64,000 nucleotides of DNA from NCBI GenBank assembly GCA_963674825.1, contig OY771587.1, positions 2,688,001-2,752,000 on the forward strand, written 5' to 3'. Position numbers and translations under genes: made by a program. The notes beneath the pieces were generated by a model. It saw only the letters and a list, made by a program, of their open reading frames with translations. It did no database searches and was not told the origin of the DNA. The first letter of the stretch is position 1. Every line of letters starts with the position of its first letter. Positions 9,272-17,565 of this stretch are shown one piece after another. Source of the stretch: Candidatus Cloacimonadales bacterium. GTDB lineage: Bacteria; Cloacimonadota; Cloacimonadia; Cloacimonadales; JAIOQZ01.

Positions 9272-10173
9272 TACCGCATGATCTCCGCCATACGCTGTAG
9301 CGAACGGGCCATCGGCTCAGCGATCGCTTCGTCTAGCACGACCTCATTCTTCTCGTTTTCAAGTGCGTCGATTGCCAGATCGAGATGATTCAGCTTCATG
9401 TCCTCGCACTGCATGCGGGGACTGAGCGGCACCAGCGATTTTTCCGGGAATCTGTGCCGAAGCTGCTCGTATAGGCCGATCTCTGTTCCGATAATGCAGC
9501 GATCATTGTGCTGCACATAATCGATCATCTGACTGGTAGAGCAGACCACATCCGCGAACTTGCATACGTCCAAGCCACATTCAGGATGCACCAGAAGAGT
9601 ATAGTCCGGATATTTCTCTTTCATTGCCTGGGCTTCTTCCAGCTCAATCTGATGATGAACGTAGCAATAGCTATCGAACATGATCAGCTTGCGGCCTGTT
9701 TTATATTCTACCCAGCGGCCGATGTTGCGGTCGGGAATGAAGATGATCTCCTTATCCTCGGGAATACGGCTAACCAGTTCCACACAGTTCGCTGACGTAC
9801 AGGTGATGGTGCTTTCCGCCTTGAGTGTCGCAGGTGAATTCACATAGCAGACGACTTCCGCGTCGGGATGCTCATCGCGTAGCTTTCTGAGGCTAAAAGG
9901 GTTCTGCATGTTCGCCAGTCGGCAATCCGCGGTGGGATGCGCCATCAGTACTTTCTTCTCCGGGTTGAGCAGCTTGGCTGTCTCTCCCATGATGCGGATG
10001 CTACACACCAACAGCATCTTCTCGTTTCGCGTGGCAGCGACTTTTGCCATTTGCAGTGAATCGCCCACGTAATCCGCTACCTCCTGAATGCTGTAGTCCA
10101 CGTAGTTATGCGCCATGACGAAGCAATCTTTCTTCTGTTTCAGCTCGATAATCCGGTTCTGTTTCGTGTCCAC
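9271..10173 (-). CDS. nadA: Quinolinate synthase NadA-family [4Fe-4S] protein (divergent)
   Basis: AHNY, GDSL, YVNS, CTS, CYVH, HPEC, GTE and CEDMK motifs with three Cys ligands; GTG start with taaggag RBS. Confidence 0.85.
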   Translation of the reverse strand: MDTKQNRIIELKQKKDCFVMAHNYVDYSIQEVADYVGDSLQMAKVAATRNEKMLLVCSIRIMGETAKLLNPEKKVLMAHPTADCRLANMQNPFSLRKLRDEHPDAEVVCYVNSPATLKAESTITCTSANCVELVSRIPEDKEIIFIPDRNIGRWVEYKTGRKLIMFDSYCYVHHQIELEEAQAMKEKYPDYTLLVHPECGLDVCKFADVVCSTSQMIDYVQHNDRCIIGTEIGLYEQLRHRFPEKSLVPLSPRMQCEDMKLNHLDLAIDALENEKNEVVLDEAIAEPMARSLQRMAEIMR

Positions 10174-10182
10174 GAGTACTCC

Positions 10183-11454
10183 TTATTCATAATGATTGCC
10201 GATCTTCGATCGAATAAACGGTGTTTTTCCACCCTTCGTTTTTTCCAATTCATCTACGATTTCAAAATCTATCTTCATGCTGCTGCCGATTCGCTTACGC
10301 AAACCCTGTTCCAGCGCGTCCTGAGATACTTCGGAATATTGATCGTCCACTACCAGGCGAAAAGTGATATGATCCAGTGCGTCCTGTACGCATTGTGATA
10401 CAATCACGCCTTTTGCCTGATCTACCGAGTGCGACATCACCGCGCCCAGGATGCGCCCGTCCGGCGTGATGATGTGGTCGCAAGCTTTTCCCTGTATCTC
10501 TTTCACCTTGCGAAATGGTCTTCCGCAAGCACAGTTTCCAACTTCCAGCGAAACCAGATCGCGCGTTTTGTAGCGAATCAATGGCATGGAATAGTTATAA
10601 TAGCTGGTTCCGATGAGCCTCCCATCCTCGACTTCCATGAAGCTGAAATCTTCGATCAGGTGCAGCGATCCGTGCTCGCACTGGGAGATCATCGCGCTGC
10701 ATTCGTGCATGGAGTGGAAATCGAACACGGTGGTCTTGTAGAGCGACTCAATCTGCTGCCTGCGGTTTTCGGAGAGCTTCTCACCATATGTGATAACACT
10801 TTTTGGAGAGGGGATCGAGAGTCCGGCATCGGATGCGAATTGCGCGATCATCATGATGTCGAACGGGAATCCGATTATGAAGCGTGGCGGTTTTTTATGC
10901 AGGTATTGGATCAGTTTCAGCGCTGATTCTTTTTGCAGCCTGTTGGAATCGAACCGAATAACGTTGTAAAGCTTATTATGCTGGAAATCGTTCTCCTTGA
11001 AATAGTAACTCTGCACCGATAACGTGCGAATACCGGGACGATAGCCTGCCCAGCCGAAGCTCCGCAGCAGTGCGGCGATCTTGTTTGCCTGAATGGCGTT
11101 GCTCAGCACAAAATGAAGCGGCGTTCCGGTGGAACCGCTGGTGGAGTCCCATGTGATGCCATAGCGTTTAGCCTGGTCGGAGAGCAAGTCCTCCTTTCGA
11201 GTGCGGACAGTTTCTTTGTCCAGGGTGGGAATCCGGTGCATATCCTCGATTCCCTTAAAGGTTGCGGTATCCAAGTCGATCTCGCTGAATAATTGCTTAT
11301 AGTACGGGACATGCGCTCCGGCGTATCGAATGAGGCGGATCAATTGCTCGTTCTGCATAGCTCGCAGTTCCTCCGCACTCCGGAATTGGGATTTCCGGTA
11401 GTATCGTAGCCGTTTCAGGACCGCGAAGGGGATTTGCAGGATCGATTTTTCCAT
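10183..11454 (-). CDS. Phenylacetate-CoA ligase family (CapK-like) adenylating enzyme
   Basis: VPYY, TSGSTGTP P-loop, MPLIRYKTRD, GKTPFI. Confidence 0.85.
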   Translation of the reverse strand: MEKSILQIPFAVLKRLRYYRKSQFRSAEELRAMQNEQLIRLIRYAGAHVPYYKQLFSEIDLDTATFKGIEDMHRIPTLDKETVRTRKEDLLSDQAKRYGITWDSTSGSTGTPLHFVLSNAIQANKIAALLRSFGWAGYRPGIRTLSVQSYYFKENDFQHNKLYNVIRFDSNRLQKESALKLIQYLHKKPPRFIIGFPFDIMMIAQFASDAGLSIPSPKSVITYGEKLSENRRQQIESLYKTTVFDFHSMHECSAMISQCEHGSLHLIEDFSFMEVEDGRLIGTSYYNYSMPLIRYKTRDLVSLEVGNCACGRPFRKVKEIQGKACDHIITPDGRILGAVMSHSVDQAKGVIVSQCVQDALDHITFRLVVDDQYSEVSQDALEQGLRKRIGSSMKIDFEIVDELEKTKGGKTPFIRSKIGNHYE

Positions 11455-11455
11455 G

Positions 11456-12346
11456 TCAGGTCCGGATCATTTTCTGGATATGTTCGTAGCGTTCGATGGT
11501 GTTTCTTGCTTTCTTGAGCATGGGGGGGCCGATGAAGCGTCCGTTAATCACAGCAACGCCTTTCTCTTGTGACTTCGCCAGATCTGTCAGGCGCACCATC
11601 TCCAGTGCTTCCGTGTATTCATCTGCCGAGGGAGTGAAGTGCCGGTGCGCAGGCTCGATCTCCTTCGGGTTCAAGAGCAGCATGCCCTCGAAACCGAGCT
11701 TGCGCGCGATATCGAGGTTGTATTCCAAGTTCTCCATGTTGTGGACATCGACATGAACGGTGTCGATGGGGATGATCCCATGTGAACGTGCGGTGATGGC
11801 TATCTTCGCACGGGGATAAAACAAGCTCTGCGCTTCTGGGTCATGCACGCCATGAAGATCGGTGATGAAGTCTTCGCAGCCGAACGCGATCGCGATGATG
11901 CGCTCCGATGCGCGGCAGATAGAGTCGAGATTAACGACAGCGCCACAGGTCTCGATGATGGGGACAAGCTTGAGCTTGCCCGATTCGATCTGATTTTCGA
12001 TCTCGACAACGTGCATGAGGTGGTCGATGAAAAAGATATCCTTGGCGGTGTAGGTTTTTGGGAAGACGAACCCGGTGATAGCCAGCGGGGCGAAGGTCTT
12101 GACTTCGTCGTTGAGAAACTTGCTATCGACGTCGTTCAGCCGGATGAAGATATGTTTGCCGGTGAAGATTCCTTCTTCTATAAGCTCTTTGCAGAGTCCC
12201 CTCGCCTTGATTTTGTTTGCATCCGGTGTAACCGAATCTTCCATATCGAGGATAACTGCGTCTGTATCGGTAGTAGCGGCTTTACGAAGCAGGCGCTCGT
12301 TGTGTCCCGGTACGAATAGCATTGAACGCAATATATAATCACACAC
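11456..12346 (-). CDS. CitE/HpcH-HpaI family acyl-CoA lyase (malyl-/citramalyl-CoA lyase-like)
   Basis: RSMLFVPG, LDMEDSV, IRLN, PIIET, FGCEDF, LGFEG. Confidence 0.88.
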   Translation of the reverse strand: MCDYILRSMLFVPGHNERLLRKAATTDTDAVILDMEDSVTPDANKIKARGLCKELIEEGIFTGKHIFIRLNDVDSKFLNDEVKTFAPLAITGFVFPKTYTAKDIFFIDHLMHVVEIENQIESGKLKLVPIIETCGAVVNLDSICRASERIIAIAFGCEDFITDLHGVHDPEAQSLFYPRAKIAITARSHGIIPIDTVHVDVHNMENLEYNLDIARKLGFEGMLLLNPKEIEPAHRHFTPSADEYTEALEMVRLTDLAKSQEKGVAVINGRFIGPPMLKKARNTIERYEHIQKMIRT

Positions 12347-12806
12347 GCCTACCTCCTTTTGGGATCAGAACGTTTCGCACAAAGGAGAGTACTTCCGCGC
12401 CATTCTGATTGAACGCTCGCGTACGAACCCGGACGATTCCGCGGTCAGATTTACTGTGTGAGGCACGGACATCGAGTATTTCGGAGGAAGCATGAATGGT
12501 GTCACCGATAAATACTGGCGCGGTATGGCGAATCTCCTCGTAATCGAGGTTCGCGACAGCCTTTCCGCTGATATCACGCACAGTCATGCCCACGACGACA
12601 GAAAAAACGAGCGTTCCAACTACCACGCGCTCTTTGAATTGCGTTGTCGATGCGTATTCGCTATCGAGGTGAAGCGGGTGGTGATTCATGGTCAAAAGAC
12701 AAAAGAGATTGTTATCGCTTTCGGTGATTGTTTTACCAGGATAATGATCGATCATCTCACCATTTGTAAAATCTTCCAGAAACCTGCCATAATCGTTTGC
12801 TTTCAT
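12339..12806 (-). CDS. MaoC-family acyl-CoA hydratase/dehydratase
   Basis: GRFLEDF, TITESDN..F..LTMNHHPLH, PVFIGDTI hot-dog motifs; 8-nt overlap with the CitE-like gene. Confidence 0.88.
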   Translation of the reverse strand: MKANDYGRFLEDFTNGEMIDHYPGKTITESDNNLFCLLTMNHHPLHLDSEYASTTQFKERVVVGTLVFSVVVGMTVRDISGKAVANLDYEEIRHTAPVFIGDTIHASSEILDVRASHSKSDRGIVRVRTRAFNQNGAEVLSFVRNVLIPKGGRRV

Positions 12807-12942
12807 GATTCTTCCCTCTCATAAGATCAGATGCAAATTCAGTTCCAATTTTTCACAATATTTAACGATTAATACGCCTGATTTTTATAGAAGAGAAACG
12901 GGCCGGAGTGCAAGAATGATATAACGTAAGATCAAATCAGCA

Positions 12943-14898
12943 TCAGGATTGCTGATTTCTGGTGAGATAATCCCTTCCTCGCTGGGTTATAACGCGATAA
13001 TCTCCTCTACGAACCGTGACGCCCTCACGATCGAATTTATTGATTAACAGGAGACAGATTTTGCGATTTCCGTCGATCAGATCACGGAAAGTTGCGACGG
13101 TTGCGCCTTCTTCGTTCTCGAGAAGATGTTCGAGCAGAATACGTCTGCTGTCGTCAACGATACTGGCGTGGATAAAATTTGCGTCCAGGTTGTACGCTTT
13201 GTTTCTGAATACCAGCAGTTGCAGGATCTGCTTGAGCTTAAGCTCGGGGATGCCCTGGTCGAGAGCGGCTGGCACCATTTGTGACCATAATGGCGTCTGC
13301 ATCTGGCAATCGAGAAGGAATTTTTCGATGAAGTCGATCTGCTGGATATCGCGAGGTGTGAGCTTGACATCGTGCGACTTCAATGCCCAGGTGTGTCCGA
13401 TGCGCTTGAGCTCGCTCTCTGCTTCAAGCTGCTCCAGCACGAGCTGCATGACCGCTTCGGTGGTGGAATCGCGATGGACACCGAAGATACCCATCAATTC
13501 CTCGAACGATCGTCCGCCCTCATCCAGCGGATTCCGTTTGTGATAAGTATTCAGATAGCGGATGATCTTCAGCCGAAGCTTGTCGTATCGCTTACGTTCC
13601 ATCAGGTACGCGACGCTCGGTGTGGAAAGCAGCATGATATCTTCAGGCATATCGCCGGCAATGGCCTTGTCGATCTCAGTACCTGAGATGTTCAGGAGAT
13701 TGGATAGCTCTTCGCTGGTCATGGGGGAGAGGCGTTTGCGGACTTCCGCGGCGATGAGCTCGGGAATGCCGCCCTGTACAACTTCTTTGAGCTTATGGAT
13801 CAGCTCTTCCGGGCGTCTGCGGTGATGCAGTGGATGCGCGTCGATAACTTCACCGCCACCAAGCGTAAGGTCGCTGGAGCTGTTACGGATAACAAATTTA
13901 TCGCCATGCATCAGCACGGCAGGTGCTTCCAGGTGGATCTGAACGATTGCAGTGTCGCCGCCGTCGAGGCGGTCTTTGTCGATGAGGTGGACGCGTGCCT
14001 GCCCTGCGTAGGTTCCCAGCAGGAATATGACCTGCGACCAGAGGTTAAGCGGTTTGGCATGATCGTAAAGCTTAAGCCGGGCGTCGATCATGCGCGTGGA
14101 AGGCAGGATGCGGTCGCTGACCAGCATGCCGCGCTTGTATTGGTCGATATCGAGACCGACCAGATTCATGGAAGCACGGTCACCGGTTGATATTCGCTGC
14201 ACTTCGCCACCGTGGCGTTCAAGCCTTCTGGCACGTAGTTTGTCACCGGTCGGGAGCAGATAGACGTTTGCTGAACGGTTCAGTTCTCCGCTGATCACTG
14301 AACCATTGACGATGGTTCCGTGGCCGGGAATGTTGAAAATACGGTCGATATACATACGGAAAATTTCACCTGATTCCCGTTCCGGGATATCCTGTGATAT
14401 TGCTTCCAGATGCTCGATCAATTCTGGGATGCCCTCGCCGGTTTTCGCGGAGACCTTCACGATAGGTGCGTTTTCGAAGGCGGTATCTTCCACCAACTCA
14501 CGGATATCGATTTCAGCGAACTCGAGCAATTCCTGATCGACCAGGTCTATCTTGGTAAGAACGATGATACCCTTTTCGATGCCGAGGGTGCGGATGATCT
14601 GAAGATGTTCGCGTGTTTGTGGCATCACGCCGCTGTCTGCCGCGATGACCAGCAATACAAAATCGATTCCGCTTGCGCCGGAGACCATCGTATTGACGAA
14701 GTCCGCGTGGCCCGGGACATCGACGATGCCGAGGCTGTTTCCGCTGGGGAGATCGAGGTGACTGAATCCCAGATGGATGGTGATTCCGCGCAATTGCTCT
14801 TCTTTATGGGTGTCGCAGTTGAAGCCGGTGAGCTGCTCGATGAGTGTGGTTTTTCCGTGGTCGATATGACCGGCTGTCCCCATGATCAGGTGTTTCAT
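12943..14898 (-). CDS. selB: Selenocysteine-specific elongation factor SelB
   Basis: GTAGHIDHGKT, RGITI, DVPGH, TKID G-motifs; C-terminal winged-helix end FRDLIDGNRK...RRGDYR; follows selA. Confidence 0.95.
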   Translation of the reverse strand: MKHLIMGTAGHIDHGKTTLIEQLTGFNCDTHKEEQLRGITIHLGFSHLDLPSGNSLGIVDVPGHADFVNTMVSGASGIDFVLLVIAADSGVMPQTREHLQIIRTLGIEKGIIVLTKIDLVDQELLEFAEIDIRELVEDTAFENAPIVKVSAKTGEGIPELIEHLEAISQDIPERESGEIFRMYIDRIFNIPGHGTIVNGSVISGELNRSANVYLLPTGDKLRARRLERHGGEVQRISTGDRASMNLVGLDIDQYKRGMLVSDRILPSTRMIDARLKLYDHAKPLNLWSQVIFLLGTYAGQARVHLIDKDRLDGGDTAIVQIHLEAPAVLMHGDKFVIRNSSSDLTLGGGEVIDAHPLHHRRRPEELIHKLKEVVQGGIPELIAAEVRKRLSPMTSEELSNLLNISGTEIDKAIAGDMPEDIMLLSTPSVAYLMERKRYDKLRLKIIRYLNTYHKRNPLDEGGRSFEELMGIFGVHRDSTTEAVMQLVLEQLEAESELKRIGHTWALKSHDVKLTPRDIQQIDFIEKFLLDCQMQTPLWSQMVPAALDQGIPELKLKQILQLLVFRNKAYNLDANFIHASIVDDSRRILLEHLLENEEGATVATFRDLIDGNRKICLLLINKFDREGVTVRRGDYRVITQRGRDYLTRNQQS

Positions 14899-14905
14899 GA
14901 ATGCC

Positions 14906-16291
14906 TCAATCCTTCAGGTCGGAGATCCAGCGAGCAATGATCGCGAACTGGTCGGGCTGGAGTGTGAAAACATCGAACATGAGCTTGCCTTCGCGCAGGA
15001 TGCCTACAACCGGTTTATCGGCTTGCATGAGCGCTTTCCAAATTCGTTCAGCCCATAATTTATCCTGCCTGGGCGGCAATGCCTGTACGGCAAGGCTTGG
15101 GATGCTTAGATGCGGAAGTGTTCCTCCACCGCAATAGGCTATGCTTTCGATGATCTCGGACGCGATTCCTTCCTTTGCCATCGATTCGATAAACTGCTCG
15201 GCCTTGGCGCGAAGTTCGCCCGGCGTCTGGTTAAGCAAGCTGAAAAGCGGTAACCGCGATTTCAGGCTGTCGTCGTCGATGTAGCAGCGAATAACTGCGG
15301 AAAGGGCCGCGAGGGTGAGTTTTCCGGTTCTTAGCGCGCGCATCATGGGTGCTTTGGCGATCTTGCGGATGTGTTCCTGCTTGCCGGCGATAATGCCAGC
15401 CTGCGGACCGCCCAGAAGTTTATCACCGCTGAAACACACGATGTCGACACCTGCGTCGATGGTGCTGCGAATGTCGGGTTCGTTCTGAAGCGGCAGTCCC
15501 TTGGGCTTGCGCAACAGTCCTGAACCGATGTCGTAGATGAAAATAAGGTTGTGCTTGCGTGCGAGATCGACCATCTCCTCGATTTCTGGCTCTTCGGTGA
15601 AGCCGCCGATGAAGTAGTTTGAGCGATGCGCTTTGAGGATGACGCGCGTTTTATCGGTGATGGCGTTTTCGTAGTCACCGATGCGTGTACGGTTTGTGGT
15701 GCCTACTTCTATCATCTTCGCACCACTGGCAGCCATGATGTCCGGCAGGCGAAAGGAGCCGCCGATCTCGATCAATTCACCGCGCGAGACGATCACTTCG
15801 CTTCCTTCTGCAAAGGTCTTGAGGCTAAGCATGACGCCAGCTGCGTTGTTGTTGACTACCACAGCGTCATCTGCACCGGTAACCCACCGGATCAGGTGAG
15901 AAATGTGGGTTTCTCGTTTACCACGTTTCCCTTCGTCGAGGTCGTATTCAAGATTGCTGTAGCCACGAATGATGGGGGTTAACTCGCCCAGGACGTAGTC
16001 ACCCAATGGTGCTCTGCCGAGATTGGTATGGATAACCACACCGGTCGCGTTGATCACCGGTATAAGGGACGGTTTTGCGATCCTGCGACAGCGTGTTTCG
16101 ATATTGTTAATAATCTCTTGAACCGGGATCGCCTTGCCACCATCGAGGATACTTTTGCGGATGTCTTCGAGTTCTTGCCGGATGGATAGTGTGACCAATT
16201 GCGGTCCGTAGCTTTGGATCAATTCCAGGGTCGATTTATCAGTGAGTAGGGTGTCAACGCCGGGGATTTTCTTGAACTCTTCCTGTCTCAT
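14906..16291 (-). CDS. selA: L-seryl-tRNA(Sec) selenium transferase SelA
   Basis: INATGVVIHTNLGRA, VNNNAA, SRGELIEIGGSFR, FSGDKLLGGPQAG; true start MRQEEFKK at 16291 (the ORF-track extension to 16414 runs through the tRNA gene). Confidence 0.95.
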   Translation of the reverse strand: MRQEEFKKIPGVDTLLTDKSTLELIQSYGPQLVTLSIRQELEDIRKSILDGGKAIPVQEIINNIETRCRRIAKPSLIPVINATGVVIHTNLGRAPLGDYVLGELTPIIRGYSNLEYDLDEGKRGKRETHISHLIRWVTGADDAVVVNNNAAGVMLSLKTFAEGSEVIVSRGELIEIGGSFRLPDIMAASGAKMIEVGTTNRTRIGDYENAITDKTRVILKAHRSNYFIGGFTEEPEIEEMVDLARKHNLIFIYDIGSGLLRKPKGLPLQNEPDIRSTIDAGVDIVCFSGDKLLGGPQAGIIAGKQEHIRKIAKAPMMRALRTGKLTLAALSAVIRCYIDDDSLKSRLPLFSLLNQTPGELRAKAEQFIESMAKEGIASEIIESIAYCGGGTLPHLSIPSLAVQALPPRQDKLWAERIWKALMQADKPVVGILREGKLMFDVFTLQPDQFAIIARWISDLKD

Positions 16292-16326
16292 ATTCACAGC
16301 CTGGTTATGTTGTTTTGGGTTGAAAA

Positions 16327-16421
16327 TGGCTGAGAGGGCAGGAATCGAACCTGCCACGGACGGTATTATCCGCCCGATACTGGCTTTGCAGACCAGCCGG
16401 ACCACCAGATCCATCCTCCCG
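16327..16421 (-). tRNA. selC: tRNA-Sec-type tRNA (selC) with GCA (Cys) anticodon, 7/5 fold
   Basis: Reverse complement reads CGGGAGG-AT-GGATC TGGT GGTCC-G-GCTGGT CTGCAAA GCCAGT-AT-CGGGCGG ATAATA CCGTCCG-TG-GCAGG TTCGATT CCTGC-CCTCTCA-G-CCA. It has a long D-stem with 4-nt loop, 6-bp anticodon stem, long variable arm, G73 and encoded CCA, and lies 35 nt upstream of selA. Confidence 0.92.
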
Positions 16422-16502
16422 CACGTGGTTTCCTTTTTGCGCTACGGCTTTTCATCCGTCAACGAAAAACTTGCCGTTGTCAAACTTCTTCCATAGCGTT
16501 CA

Positions 16503-17429
16503 TCAAAACTCCTTCAGCCAGCTTTTGTACATGAGCGTCTCTTTGAAACCGCACTTGTCGTAGATCGTGTGTACCGGTCCTTCATTCGAATCGAGGAATG
16601 CCCACTGCGCTTCAATCTCTTTCAGCCTGCGCAAGCCCTCGTGGAGCATGGCTCGTGCGATTCCCCTTCGGTGAAATATAGGCTCGACTCCTACCGGCTC
16701 AAAGTAGCCCGAACGGGTTACGTCATCGAACCAGATGGTAACGAATCCAGCGAGTGTGCCGTCGTCAGCCACAGCCACGATATCGAGGTCGCGTTTGTAA
16801 AGGGGTGCTTTCTGGATGTTGAGGTACCATTCCCATCCCTCGTATTTCTCATCCGGCTCGTTAGGATGAAACGCTCTCCAAGAAACCCAGCTCCGGGCGG
16901 GAAGTTCGTCTCTTGTCCCGAGTGAACGAAGGGAGAATCCTTCAGGAACCGTTACAACCGGTTCGAAATCCGGCAGATAAATTCGACCACAGCGGTCTTC
17001 GCCGGTGGCAATTCGGTATCCTCGATGGAGCAATACCTCGGTTTTCAGCTTGTCCTGCAATTCGCATGCGATGTACAGCTTTTTTCCACCGTCTTGAGAG
17101 CGTTTGAAGTAGGTTTCTTCCGCTCTTTCGACCATAAAGGCCAGAAGCTCTTTTGTGCATCGATGCGGGTGTGTCTGCAAGGCTACTGCTCCGAATGACT
17201 CCTGGAATATCGCACCCAGGAAATTTGCGTTATCGTCTCGAACGATGATTGCACATTTCTGTGGGGGCTGCTCGAGGCAGTTCTTCCAGATATGCCAGTA
17301 GAAGTAATCGAAACGCTGAACGAACCAGTTCATTTCGATGTGGTTGTTCATGAAAAAGGCATCGCGCAGGAATTGGCGCAGTTGATCGTAATCGCGATCT
17401 GGTTGGAATGATGATGTCTGAAACTTCAT
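16503..17429 (-). CDS. GNAT-family N-acetyltransferase (tandem fold)
   Basis: FEPVGVEPIFHRRGIA acetyl-CoA motif A, YDKCGF. Confidence 0.85.
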   Translation of the reverse strand: MKFQTSSFQPDRDYDQLRQFLRDAFFMNNHIEMNWFVQRFDYFYWHIWKNCLEQPPQKCAIIVRDDNANFLGAIFQESFGAVALQTHPHRCTKELLAFMVERAEETYFKRSQDGGKKLYIACELQDKLKTEVLLHRGYRIATGEDRCGRIYLPDFEPVVTVPEGFSLRSLGTRDELPARSWVSWRAFHPNEPDEKYEGWEWYLNIQKAPLYKRDLDIVAVADDGTLAGFVTIWFDDVTRSGYFEPVGVEPIFHRRGIARAMLHEGLRRLKEIEAQWAFLDSNEGPVHTIYDKCGFKETLMYKSWLKEF

Positions 17430-17550
17430 AATATCTCCATGGGACCATCTACGGGTTGAAAGTGTGTTCCAGACCTGCCGTCTGCCGGAAACGATGGGTA
17501 AGACGGCATGAAGTGCTCATAGGGCATGAGCGGATATCGGAAGGTGAATG

Positions 17551-17565
17551 TTAGCGGATGATCAT
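17551..17565 (-). promoter_or_regulatory. Candidate 4-codon leader ORF (MIIR) upstream of the GNAT
   Basis: aggagcgacaaggaa-ATG ATC ATC CGC TAA followed by two hairpins before the GNAT RBS. Confidence 0.35.

Noticed and set aside
16292..16414. 41-aa N-terminal extension of SelA in the ORF track
   Set aside because: It is a translation of the tRNA gene; SelA homology starts at MRQEEFKKIPGVD (16291).
16327..16421. Reading the tRNA as an ordinary tRNA-Cys
   Set aside because: G73 instead of U73, long variable arm, Sec-type D-arm and position in the selA-selB operon.
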